Positions 53,175 through 64,000 of a DNA stretch of 64,000 nucleotides are shown piece by piece (within the stretch, counting starts at the first letter, position 1; the number at the start of each line of letters is the position of its first letter). A program made the position numbers and the translations under genes. Source of the stretch: Eledone cirrhosa (Eukaryota); contig OZ024744.1 in NCBI GenBank assembly GCA_964016885.1, positions 39,618,001-39,682,000 on the forward strand. Reading direction: 5' to 3'. Below the pieces are notes generated by a model, which saw only the letters and a list, made by a program, of their open reading frames with translations, was not told where the DNA came from and ran no database searches.

Positions 53175-53245
53175 TATTTTATTATGCGCATTTCAAAAAC
53201 AAATATCATCATGCAATAATATTTGTGTTTTCATCAGATAAAACA
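53175..53245 (-). ncRNA. Type I hammerhead ribozyme (pLTR copy 1)
   Basis: TGTTTTAT-CTGATGA-[long stem II]-GAAA-T-GCGC-A-TA^ATAAAATA: complete core, 8-bp stem I, minimal stem III with palindromic loop. Confidence 0.85.
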
Positions 53246-53600
53246 GGAAGACATGATATGAAGGTTAAAAAACACTTGTGGATAGTGCAGTTTTAAATCA
53301 ACATATGAAAAGTAGTTTTAGATTGATGTGTGATATTGGAAAAAATATTTTATTTTGAGGGGGGTGGGTGGGGGTGGAAAGGATGAAAAAGAGGAGGAGA
53401 TGAGAGTAAAAAGTGGAGAGGGAGGATGAGATAGGAGGAGAGATGGGTGATAGAGAGAGAGAGATAGCTTTTATAACTGAGAAAGATATATTGTTTTACA
53501 TAGAGAGGTTGAAAACCGTTGGAAGATGATGTATAAATTAAAAGAATTTGAAAATTAACGAAGAGAAAAATAATGTAAAGTTAAGGTTTGTATATTGAGG

Positions 53601-53770
53601 GGTTTAATAATATGTGCGATGAAAAGAAAATGTTAATATGTATTAAGAATAATATTTAAGGGTTTAATAACATGTGCGATGGAAAAGAAAAAGTTAATAT
53701 GTATTAAGAATGATATTAAGGGTTTAATAATATGTGCGATGGAAAGAAAATGTTGATATGTATTATTAAA
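53601..53770. repeat. 60-bp minisatellite, 3 units, inside the pLTR (mirrored at ~56845-57012)
   Basis: GGTTTAATAAYATGTGCGATG units at 53601, 53661 and 53721. Confidence 0.85.
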
Positions 53771-54128
53771 AAGATTAACAGGTAATTTAAGTAAGGATAT
53801 ATTGTGAGATGAGCATGAATGAGTTAGATGAAAGGGAGAAAAAAATAATGAATTGAGGATGAATAATCTAACGTATAGAGTAAGAATGTATTGTATTATG
53901 TAATAATTGATTCTATGTTAGGCAACAGTGAGAAAAGGTACAGATTAGGGGTTAGACATTAAAAGAGAAGAAAGGGAAGTGATAAATAGGAGCGATATAG
54001 AATGAGTAACAAGTATTATAGAATGTATAATAACCTTTGAAATAAGGTAGAAAGATGGGTATATTTTTAAAGAAGTGTATATATATATATGTGCCTTTGA
54101 GAAAAAGATTCTAAATTGATAAAGAATA

Positions 54129-56523
54129 TTAGCTGTATACTTTGTGGAATGTTTTGTGGAATTTATGCAAGCAGATAGAAAACAAGTCAGTGCGTCTATT
54201 TATTATAGAATCTAAATTAAATATAATGGTAAATTTTTCATTTAGACAGAGATTGCAAATTTTGGATAGAGAACTGTTCAAGTATGGAGACGCAGAAGAA
54301 ACCTTCTTCCAAAAGGTGCTATATTTAATATTTTTGTCTTTCAAGGACCATATGAGCTCTGAGAGAGCCGTGTTGGTTCTTTTAAGTTTGTATTTAAAAG
54401 ACGAATGATGGTTAGAAAGACGAGCTTTAAAAGAGGTGGAAGTGGAGCCAAAATAGGTGAAGGAATTGGTGTCAGTTATAACTTATACATTCGTAAATTA
54501 AGTTTTTATCAAGACAATGGTTGTTGAGAGGACATTTATTTTTAACAGGGCAATTGCAATTGCGATTAGAGAGATTATTAACGAGTGACCTAGTGTTATC
54601 TATAGAAGGAATTGGATTGGAGAAGTTATTCGCGATAGGAATAATAGTTTCTTGATTTAGAATGGGATTAAGAACATTTAGCGAAGTTGTGTTTGATGTT
54701 GTATTTGGGTTTGCAGAAATTAGCCTAGGGTTTACAATGACGTCGGGAGTACTATTACTGTTATTATGATATTCAGTGTTGGAAGGAAGAGATTTAGTAT
54801 TTAGTATTTTATTGTTGTGTTTAGAGATAATGTTGGAAATGTTGGAGGATGTAGAATAGGAAAATTTTATAGTGTTTGTTAAATATTTTACTATAGATAT
54901 GTGAGGGAGGGAAGCATTTATTTAAGGCACTAAAGAATAATTTAGGAATATTGTTATTAATAGAGATGGAGAAAGGAGCATTATACCAGATTATGTTTTT
55001 GTATCTAGGTCTTTTATTAAAGTTATTGGAATGATCATGATTAATTATTCTACTGTAAGTTCTTCTAGAATTTGTTTCTTTACTATATTTGATTTTATCA
55101 GGATAGCCGGCTTTAGAAAGCGTGTTATTATAGTAATTGGCGTTAGCATCAAAGATGTTTTTATTAGAAGATAGGTTAGATATTCTTTTTCCAATATTAC
55201 TAACTATAGCATTCTTGATATTAGTAGGATGGTTAGATTTAAAGTTAACATAATTTAGGTTCTCATTGTTTTTATGGTAAGGGTAATATAGGCCAGTGTC
55301 AAGATTAAGAGAGACATCCAAGAAATTAGCTAGTTTGATGCTGTTATCAAATTCAATTTTTAGGTTATGTTGGTTAAAGAGATTACGTATATTGTTCTTA
55401 ATAATATTAAGGTTAACTATGTTGCAATTTAAGATAGTAAAGAGTCCATCGTCACGATAAATTCCACCGCGAAGTTGAGGAATTTTCCGACTCAAAGAGT
55501 TCAAAATAAAGATACCAATTAAATCTGTCAATTGGGATGAATCGGATGCTCCCATTGTGATGTCGAAGTTGTTAGAGGTATCGGCTCTGGTCCAATATTC
55601 GTTGTTGAACTCTAGGATGGTTTTACGTGCGGTGAGAATGATGTGAAGTTCATCTGTGGTGATGTCAGAATATTTAAGTGCGAAAGATAGAGCATTATTG
55701 AGAAGTGAAGGCGAAATAGAAGAATAGTAGCTGGCAATATCAAATTGAACAAATTTTAGTTTTTTATTATTCAATTTGTTGAACCAGCTAATCACTTCAG
55801 AAGTACCAAACCATAAATTTAGGTTCAAAGAAGAGCAATTAGAACGAACCTGTGGGATAATTCTATCCAAGATGGCTTTACTAACAACCCCCAGATCTGA
55901 TTTAGAGGGGGCAATTAATCTAACAGGTAGTTCAGTGTGAAAATTGTTTTTGTGATCCTTGAGATTTATCCTCGGAGTTCTTGGGAGGAATGGTTCGGTC
56001 TTTTTTTCAATGCCAAGTTTTGACATAATCTCAGAGGCTTCAAAGTTTGTGTTCTAAATTATCATGGTTGGTTTTACGATATTTTTTCCTAAGTTCCTTT
56101 AGGATAAGGTTGTTATAATTATCCTTGGAAATACCATATAAGTTATTGGTTTTGTCCAATAGTGGACTAAAACATTTTTGAGGAATTTAGGTTTGAAATT
56201 GTGTTCTTGAGATTTACAAGGTGCTCTTGTCCTTTGTAAGGGTATCTCTTGAATTTAAGATTTTTTATAATTTTAGTTAACTCTTCCTCGAATTGCACTA
56301 GATTTTTGTTGGAAGGAGGATTTCTTCTAGAATTAAATAGATGATCGAGGAAGTTATGTTCCTTGGTATAGAAGTTCCCTTTTAGGCACTGGTCATAGAA
56401 ATAGGCTATCTATCTAAGTCTTCTTACGAAGGAGTCAGTTTTTTCAATTAGAAGTTTGGTGAATTCAGATTTACCAGGTATAGGAATGTCTTTAGTTGAA
56501 TTGGTTATGTTGTAATAATCCAT
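54129..56523 (-). pseudogene. Penelope-like RT-GIY-YIG polyprotein, disrupted
   Basis: ATG at 56523 (STKDIPIP..LIEK), LKDHKNNF, QFDIASYY, FDITMG, IYRDDGL, NFLDV, SNHP, IWYNAPFS, CNC..CPL..CL, LIYEC/TYFGST, CNLCLNEK. Several stops and frameshifts. Confidence 0.9.
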
Positions 56524-56733
56524 GTTGTAGAAGAAGAAAGAAGTAAAAGACCATCAAAAGGTATCCAATATGAGAGTAAGCGCTCAACCGTTAAGGAGCA
56601 AGTTAATGTAGGAGGTGAGTTTTATTGTAGTACAATAAAGCAATGCAGATATCGGATAAGAAGCACTCTACAGTTTGTAGGACTGGAGTATACATAATAT
56701 ATAAGAACAAAAGATGGTTAAAAGAGTTCCATG

Positions 56734-56804
56734 TATTTTATTATGCGCATTTCAAAAACAAATATCATCATGCAATAATATTTGTGTTTTCATCAGATAA
56801 AACA
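56734..56804 (-). ncRNA. Hammerhead ribozyme (pLTR copy 2)
   Basis: Same sequence as 53175-53245. Confidence 0.85.
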
Positions 56805-57359
56805 GGAAGACATGATATGACTTAAATTACCTGTTATTCTTTTTAATAATACATATCAACATTTTCTTTCCATCGCACATATTATTAAACCCTTAATATC
56901 ATTCTTAATACATATTAACTTTTTCTTTTCCATCGCACATGTTATTAAACCCTTAAATATTATTCTTAATACATATTAACATTTTCTTTTCATCGCACAT
57001 ATTATTAAACCCCTCAATATACAAACCTTAACTTTACATTATTTTTCTCTTCGTTAATTTTCAAATTCTTTTAATTTATACATCATCTTCCAACGGTTTT
57101 CAACCTCTCTATGTAAAACAATATATCTTTCTCAGTTATAAAAGCTATCTCTCTCTCTATCACCCATCTCTCCTCCTATCTCATCCTTCCTCATTATACT
57201 CCTCCCTCTCCACGTTTTACTCTCACCCCCCCCCACCCACCCCCCATCAAAATAAAATATTTTTCCCAATATCACACATCAATCTAAAACTACTTTTCAT
57301 ATGTTGATTTAAAACTGCACTATCCACAAGTGTTTTTTAACCTTCATATCATGTCTTCC

Positions 57360-57430
57360 TGTTTTATCTGATGAAAACACAAATATTATTGCATGATGAT
57401 ATTTGTTTTTGAAATGCGCATAATAAAATA
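57360..57430 (+). ncRNA. Hammerhead ribozyme (inverted pLTR copy 3)
   Basis: CTGATGA at 57368, GAAATGCGCATA at 57411-57422, stem I TGTTTTAT/ATAAAATA. Confidence 0.85.
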
Positions 57431-57458
57431 CATGGAACTCTTTTAACCATCTTTTGTT

Positions 57459-57503
<45 letters not shown>

Positions 57504-58186
57504 CGGAAAATTCACCCATTACATTTTGTACTAATTCACATATCCCACACTTATTCATTTTGATGAACAAAAACAATATATATATATATATATATAGTTG
57601 CCTATCAGCATTATATCTAGTGGAAATCACGTCCCCCATTCCCACTATCTCATTTTTCACCCCAGTACGTAATGCTCTTGAGATTGAGAACCATGCGTTA
57701 AACTAATTTTCATTTCATTCATTTTTTTTCTCTTCTAAATCATTACAGGACGTTTTAACTTTTCTTTCAACATTCAACGGAAAGAAAAGAGTTATTACAG
57801 TCTAAAACGTCTAATCTAATACATCCTGCTCCCCCCCTTATACACATATCTTTTGTGCTTGGTAACATGTTTGTTTGTTGCCCACGTATTGGATCGATAT
57901 TTACCTATCGGTTTTGTTATTATTTTAAGGACATGGGTCAAAGTACTCGTCCTATTTTACTTCGTTCATTATTATTCATTTGGTTGTTTATCTGAACAAA
58001 ACTTCTTCTTTCTTTCTTTCTCTTTTCTCTTTCTTTCGCTCTCTCTTTCTTTTTATATTATCAATAGTATAATTTTCATAGTTAATTAACTTGTGCGTGT
58101 ACACACACACACACACGTTATTCCGGGTTGAATCGGGGGTAACCACAGTAATAAGGTACTCAATACATAGCAGAGTATAACAGTTT

Positions 58187-58292
58187 TAATATAGATGAGA
58201 TTCTACAGGATTAGAACTGTTTCATTCTTTAGAAATCATCAGGAATCTAAAGAATGAAACAGTTCTAGTCCTGTAGAATCTCATCTATATTA
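58187..58292. repeat. Foldback (47-bp arms, 12-nt loop) with hammerhead-like centre
   Basis: Arms 58187-58233 and 58246-58292 differ by one mismatch. Minus strand reads CTGATGA-TTTCTAAAGAAT-GAAAC. Confidence 0.85.
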
Positions 58293-58321
58293 TATATATA
58301 TATATATATCATGCATCATCT

Positions 58322-58388
58322 TATTTTATCTGATGAGGACGTGCTGTTGAAGATAGCTCAGTACCTCTGAGATATGTATAATAAAATA
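58322..58388 (+). ncRNA. Degenerate hammerhead ribozyme
   Basis: TATTTTAT-CTGATGA...GAGA-T-ATGT-A-TA-ATAAAATA: perfect 8-bp stem I, GAAA changed to GAGA. Confidence 0.55.
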
Positions 58389-58454
58389 TACTTGATCACA
58401 CGAATGTCTATTTTTGTTAATATTTTGAATTAATATATATATATATATATACTT

Positions 58455-61400
58455 GTCCTGAGTATATGACATTAAACTACATCCAGTGGCAAGGCTCCAG
58501 TTCAGGAGCTGTGGGGAATGTAGAGTTACCCCTTAGTTGTCATAACTCCCAGGTCTGCTCTGGCCCGGAGTAGTAGTACCTGTTAGTGCCCCATTTATGG
58601 GTTAAATAATTACCTTATTCGAGTGGCGCCGGTAAGGTATTGTCAGCCATTGAAAAGAACATGGAGAGTGTATTTAACAGCACTAGGGTTAGAGCCCCTA
58701 ACTACACTGTCAAGGAGCAGTCTGGTCATTATGACTCTGCTGGCTTAGAGCCACAGGGAGGGCCAGTGGATGATGGATCAGCTGTCTCTGAGACAAATAT
58801 AAAGAATGCAGTTTTGTCCTGCAGAAGAGCCATTAAAATGGGCACTTTGAATGTGAGGACTATTCGGACGCTGGAGAAGAGGGAGGATTTGGGACATCTG
58901 TTCGAGGAGAGTGGTATACAGATACTTGCGATCCAAGAACACAGGATCCTACACGATGAGCCCGTGAGGAGTGTGATGATTAGGAAGAGGAGCCAGCTCA
59001 TCACCACATCGGCAGTGAGGAACATGACCAATGCTGCAGTGGGAGGAGTGGGTTTTGTTTTCAACACAAAAACCAATCTATTGGTGAGGGAAATAATAGT
59101 TTCCCCGCGAGTGTTGAGGGTGACCTTCAATGGAAACCCAAGACTGACAGTCATCTCAGCCTATAGTCCAACCGAGGGAGACAGTGATGTAAGTGCGGAA
59201 GAGTTCCATGAGGAGGTGTGTAGAGCTGTCAACACCACTCAGGCTCACAACATCCTGCTTTTTCTGGGAGACTTCAATGCACATCTGAGTAAGGAGAGCA
59301 GTGAAGATCCTTGCTGGTACTTCCATAACACCAACCGAAATGGAAGACTACTGAGAGACACCCTGCTGGAGGTGAACTTGATGGCAACCAACCTAAGGTT
59401 TAGGAAGAATCCGAGGAAGATGTGGACCTACATCTTATATATGCACATGTTCAAGTCCCAGATTGATTTCATTCTGGTGAGGAAAAAGTGGCGGAATAGT
59501 GTTCTGAACACAAAACTATACAACTATTTCAGTACAGTGGGCAGTGACCACTGGCTTGTTATGAGTGAGGTCCGGGTGAGCTTAAAGAGCAAGGCTCAGT
59601 CCCAGAGAGCAATCTATGACTGGGGAGCTTTCAAGGAAGATGATAAGCTACAGAAGAGGTTCACAGTAGAAGTGAGGAACAGGTTCAGTGCTCTGTGTGG
59701 AGAGACAGAGGAGAGAGGGATTGGAGGGACTGAGCAGAGTGTGACGAGGAGGTACGGGTACTTCATCAATGCAGTGGCGGAAGCAAGTGAGACCCTGGTG
59801 CCGAGGAGAAAGAATAAGGGGAAGCATGTCAGCTCTGCAGACCCAAAAGTGTGTGCAGCCAGAGAATACCTGAAAGCTGCCAAGGACTAATTCTATGCTG
59901 ATCCTACGGAGGAGAGGAAGGAGAATGTGGAGGTGATGAGGGAAGAACTCTGTACAGCTTACACTGAGGCCAGAGAGTAGGCACTGATAGAGAAGATCAG
60001 AAGTGTGGAGAGAGCGGTTGGCAGGTCTGGATGTAAGGAGAGCTGGATGATCATGAACGAGATAACGAAACAGAGCCGAGGATAGGAAGGGGAAATGGCT
60101 GGACTATGTTAGGACCCTACTAGGAGAGCCGCCCTCCACAGCCCAGAACACTGGGGAGATCAGGCGGCTGTTTGAGGAACTGGATATTGAGGCAGGGCCC
60201 TTCACCAGAGAGGAGCTTCAGAGATCCAAGAAGAAGATCAAGGAGGGCAAGGCGCATGGAGAAGATGGAATGGCATCAGAGGTGATGAAGAGATGTGATT
60301 TTGATGATATCCTGGAGTTCTGTAATTAGGCACTGGAGAAAGGAGTTGCCCCAAATTAATGAAGGATCAGTAACATCGTCCCAGTGCCAAAGAAGGGAGA
60401 TCTCTCTAACACCAACAACTACAGGGGGATCTCACTGACGTCACTTGTGGCAAAGACTCTCAACAGGATGATTCTTAACAGGATCCAGCCCGAGATGGAG
60501 AAGAAGCTCAGAGACAACCAGAATGGCTTCAGAGTGGGAAGATCAACCACCAGTCACATCCTGATGCTGAGGAGGATATTAGAGGGAGCTAGAGCAAAGT
60601 GCTTTCCTGCGGTCATGGTTTTCATTGACTTTAGGAAGGCCTTTGATTCTGTGGACCGTCACTGCCTGATGAAGATCTTACAGGCTTATGAAATCCCCAA
60701 GAAGATAGTGGACCTGATATCACTGCTCTACACCAACACCAAAGCCCAATTCATTACACCTGATGGGATGATGGAGCTCTTTGAGATACTGGTGGAGCTC
60801 TTTGAGATATTGGTGGAGCTCTTTGAGATACTAGCTGAGCTCTTTGAGATACTGGCTGAAGTGCTCCAGGGAGATGCATTGGCTCTCTACCTTTTTATCA
60901 TTGCAGTGGACTATTGTATGTGCCTTGCGCTGGAGAAACACCAGGACTCTGGCTTTACTGTAACACTGGCTCAGAGCAGGAGAGTTAAGGCAAAAAAGAT
61001 ATTGGATGCTGAATTTGCAGATGACATAGTTCTGGTGACAAACTCAGTGAAGGAGGCAGAGGAGTTGATGCAGGAGGTGGATACTGTGTTGATGAGTGTG
61101 GGGCTGAGAATGAATGAGATTAAGATGAAATATCTGGTAGAGAATATTAAGAAGCCAGAGAAGATTACTAATGTAGGCAGGAAGCCACTAGAATTGGTTG
61201 AGGACTTCCTGTATTTGGGAGCAAAGATTGGGAATACGGAAGATGATGTGGTTGAGAGGAAGAGCAAAGCCTGGGTGGCATGCCACAACTTGAGATCGGT
61301 GTGGAAGTCGGACCTTTGTAAAGACCTGAAGATCCGTTTCTTCATTGCTGTAGTGGAGTCTGTGCTGCTGTACGTGTCTGAGACTTGGACACTGACCAAG

Positions 61401-61560
61401 AAACTCACTCAGATGGTGGATGGGTGCTACATGAGAATGCTGAGGATGGCTCTGAACATTAATCAGTATACACTGAGGATGAAGAACTCAGAGCTGTTCG
61501 TAGCGATAATGAGAGACAGAGACCGCTGGAGAGAACTTGTCCATGGATCTTGGGAATTTT
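58455..61560 (+). mobile_element. Near full-length APE-RT LINE (RTE-like), inactivated
   Basis: GTLNVRT, IQEHR, GGVG, AYSPT, GDFNA, IDFIL, SDH; NYRGISL, FIDFRKAFDSV, LQGD, FADDIVL, FLYLGA, SETW. Multiple stops between the domains. Confidence 0.92.
60773..60856 (+). repeat. 21-bp tandem repeat x4 within the RT (ELFEILV/A)
   Basis: GGAGCTCTTTGAGATACTGGT units. Confidence 0.92.
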
Positions 61561-61982
61561 ACCTTCCCTATATAGATAGTTATATCTATACACACACATT
61601 GGTTTCGGTGTTTGGCTCAATATTGTAAGGTCATAAGTTTGATTCTTGATGATATGTTGTGTCCTTGAGCAAGACACTTTATTTCACACTGCTCTAGTTC
61701 ATTCAGCTAGCAAAATTTAGTTGTATCTGGAGTTCAAAAGGCCCAGTCCTGTCACATGGTGATTATCTCTGAGAACTATGTTAAGGGTACACATATCTGG
61801 AATGTTCAGCCACTTACATGTTGATTTCATTAATAGTTGTTTCCGTGATAGAACAACTAAAACATTCATCGGAACAGACGGAGGTTCAATAAGTGTGTGT
61901 GTTTATATGTATGTTTTTACATATGTGTATATATGAACACATATATACATACATATATATCGTCATCATTGTTTAATGTCCA

Positions 61983-62027
<45 letters not shown>

Positions 62028-62104
62028 CATACATACATACATACACACTCACACACAATGATAATGATATATATATATATATATATTTGTGTGTGTATAC
62101 ATAT

Positions 62105-62339
62105 ATCATCATCACGCCCATTTTCCACACTAGCACAGGTTAGACGAGTTGCCCTGTTTGCGGTAAGTTGGGTTGGGTGTCCATGTCTTGCTCATATAGA
62201 ACTGTTTCTAGCTTGGTTTCTATGGCTCGATGCCCTTCCTAAAGTCAACCACTCTTATAGTGGGGGCTTTTTGTCATGGTACATACGCGACCACTTTACA
62301 GTGTGGGCTGGGTGCTTTTTTGCCGTGACACCTACACGA

Positions 62340-62342
<3 letters not shown>
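62105..62342 (-). mobile_element. RTE 3' UTR fragment between microsatellites
   Basis: Reverse complement resembles 2600-2850. Confidence 0.7.
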
Positions 62343-62373
<31 letters not shown>

Positions 62374-62619
62374 TCGAAGGGTCATTCCATCTCAAGTCAC
62401 CCAGAGAGTCCCAGGTCACCCCCTCAGACCTCCCTGAAAAAATTCATACTAACTCCTGTACCTAAATACATTCAAAACTGCAGATTGCGCTTTTGCAACA
62501 AAGTGGTGTGTAAGTTTACAGAATGGCTCGCACATGATATCAATGAAATCTGCTGCAGTAGCTTCAAGTGATACAAGCGTGGTTCTATCATTGATACGAG
62601 GAATTCAAACCTTACCTTC

Positions 62620-64000
62620 TCGCTAACAACTCAACACCCCTCCCGCCCACCCCCACGCACCACCATTATTATTACGTGGACCAATCATAAGCCAGAGGCC
62701 TATACTATCGCTTACCTGGTTGCCTTTCGATATGATGGATGGATGGACTATGGAATTCTGGAGAGTGGAAGAGAGAAAAATCTGGACGCTCAGCGACAAT
62801 GCCAAAGATAAAGACAAATTCACCTCGTGGACGAGAATGCGAGCACTCCTCTTTGTTTCTGCCGCGGATGGCTAACATAACCCCATCTCCCCCTGCTCCC
62901 CACCGCTCCCACCCCCCAAACGCAATCCAAAACTTCAGAGTTGGTACCATGAATGTAGGCACCTTAAAGGGTCGCTCTAACGAAGTTGTAGAAATGCTCG
63001 AACGTAAGGAGGTCGATGTTTGTTGTATTCAAGAGTCCAGGTGGAAGGGTGGGTCTGCTAGATTCATTGAGGGTAAAAAACGATGCTATAAGCTTTTCTG
63101 GGTGGGAAATGACAACGGGCTGGGTGGAGTAGGAATCATGGTAGCAGAAAAGTGGGCAGATAAGATAATAGACGTAAATAGAGTGAACGACAGAATAATT
63201 AAAATAAGACTTGTCCTCAATAGAACTACGGTGACAGTAATATCTGCGTACGCACCCCAATCCGGACTGCCCGGCACTATAAAAGACAGATTCTATGAGA
63301 CACTGATGCTCACTACCTCCCAAATAACCGACAGTGACTATATAATTATTGCAGGCGACCTAAATGGTCACGTTGGACAACATTGTGACGGCTACGATGA
63401 AATCCATGGAGGCTATGGGTTTGGTACTAGAAATGAGGAAGGCTCCAGAATCCTGGAATTCTGTGACACAAATAACCTAACAATCTGTAACACTAACTTC
63501 AAAAAACGAGACAATCACTTGATCACCTACAGATCAGGGGAACATACCAGCCAGGTAGATTATATCCTTACCAGAAGACGTGACAGAGTGTCTGTTGTAA
63601 ACACTAAATCCCTCCCCCATGAAGAATGCACCTCCCAACATACTCATAATTAGCGACCTCATAGTCAGGACGAGACGTACTCGACAACAGAAGAGGACTA
63701 TCCTCAGGAGAAAAATATGGAAGCTAAAGGACCCCACAGCCAGAAATAAATTTCAAAGCATATTACTTGATGCTTTCGACAGTAAGGAAGAGCATTTAGA
63801 GTCGTACAATATAGAGGAACAGTGGGAATTCCTGAAAGCAAACCTGCTGATGGCGGCAGACGAAGTCTGTGGCCGGAGCAGGCCTATAGGCAGGAGGAGA
63901 GTAACATGGTGGTGGAACAGTAAGGTGGAGGAGTCAATTAAGGCCAAAAAGCAGGCTTGGAAAGTATGGCAGGATGGGGGAAGTAGAGAAGACTATCAAG
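62620..64000 (+). mobile_element. RTE LINE 5' part (APE endonuclease), runs off the window
   Basis: GTMNVGTL, IQESRWKG, GGVGI, AYAPQ, GDLNGHVG, QVDYIL. Frameshift near 63645. Homologous to 1-560. Confidence 0.92.

Larger units (their letters stand above)
53047..57465 (-). mobile_element. Penelope-like retroelement (Naiad-type) with direct partial pLTR and inverted pLTR, inside a (TA)n tract
   Basis: 53047-53260 is repeated at 56606-56819. 56820-57465 is an inverted copy of ~53139-53792. (TA)n on both flanks, RT plus GIY-YIG coding region. Confidence 0.93.

Noticed and set aside
52926-53296. Short ORFs with YIYI runs and the repeated peptide KNKRWLKEFHVF
   Set aside because: Translations of (TA)n and of the non-coding pLTR/ribozyme.
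54129-56523. Selenocysteine recoding as reported for some Naiad elements
   Set aside because: The conserved cysteines checked (CNC..CPL..CL, YEC, CNLC) are ordinary Cys codons. The N-terminal stop seen is TAG at a probable Trp site, so decay is the simpler explanation.

Overview
Repeat-dense, AT-rich eukaryotic (animal) genomic DNA. The RTE/SINE/Penelope landscape suggests a mollusc such as an octopod cephalopod; this is inference. The only host gene found is missed by the ORF track: a 3-exon minus-strand gene (39595-39502, 29095-29040, 22769-22620) that splices with GT-AG junctions into a 99-aa basic protein resembling C19orf53/L10K. Most of the rest is nested transposons: RTE-clade LINEs (three copies carry a C4HC3 PHD-like finger inside the RT), a further APE-RT LINE, two LTR-bounded CsRN1-type Gypsy elements, a degenerate Gypsy-like remnant, an abutting inverted pair of CRE-like elements, a Naiad-type Penelope-like element, two non-autonomous Helitrons, MITEs and two tRNA-derived SINE families (one in a 190-bp tandem array). 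Best leads: three intact hammerhead ribozymes in the Penelope-like pseudo-LTRs, several short foldbacks/remnants with hammerhead-like cores beside (TA)n tracts, the PHD finger within the RT, and a ~39-nt primer-binding site matching the whole 3' half of tRNA-Trp. All alignments and counts were done by eye.
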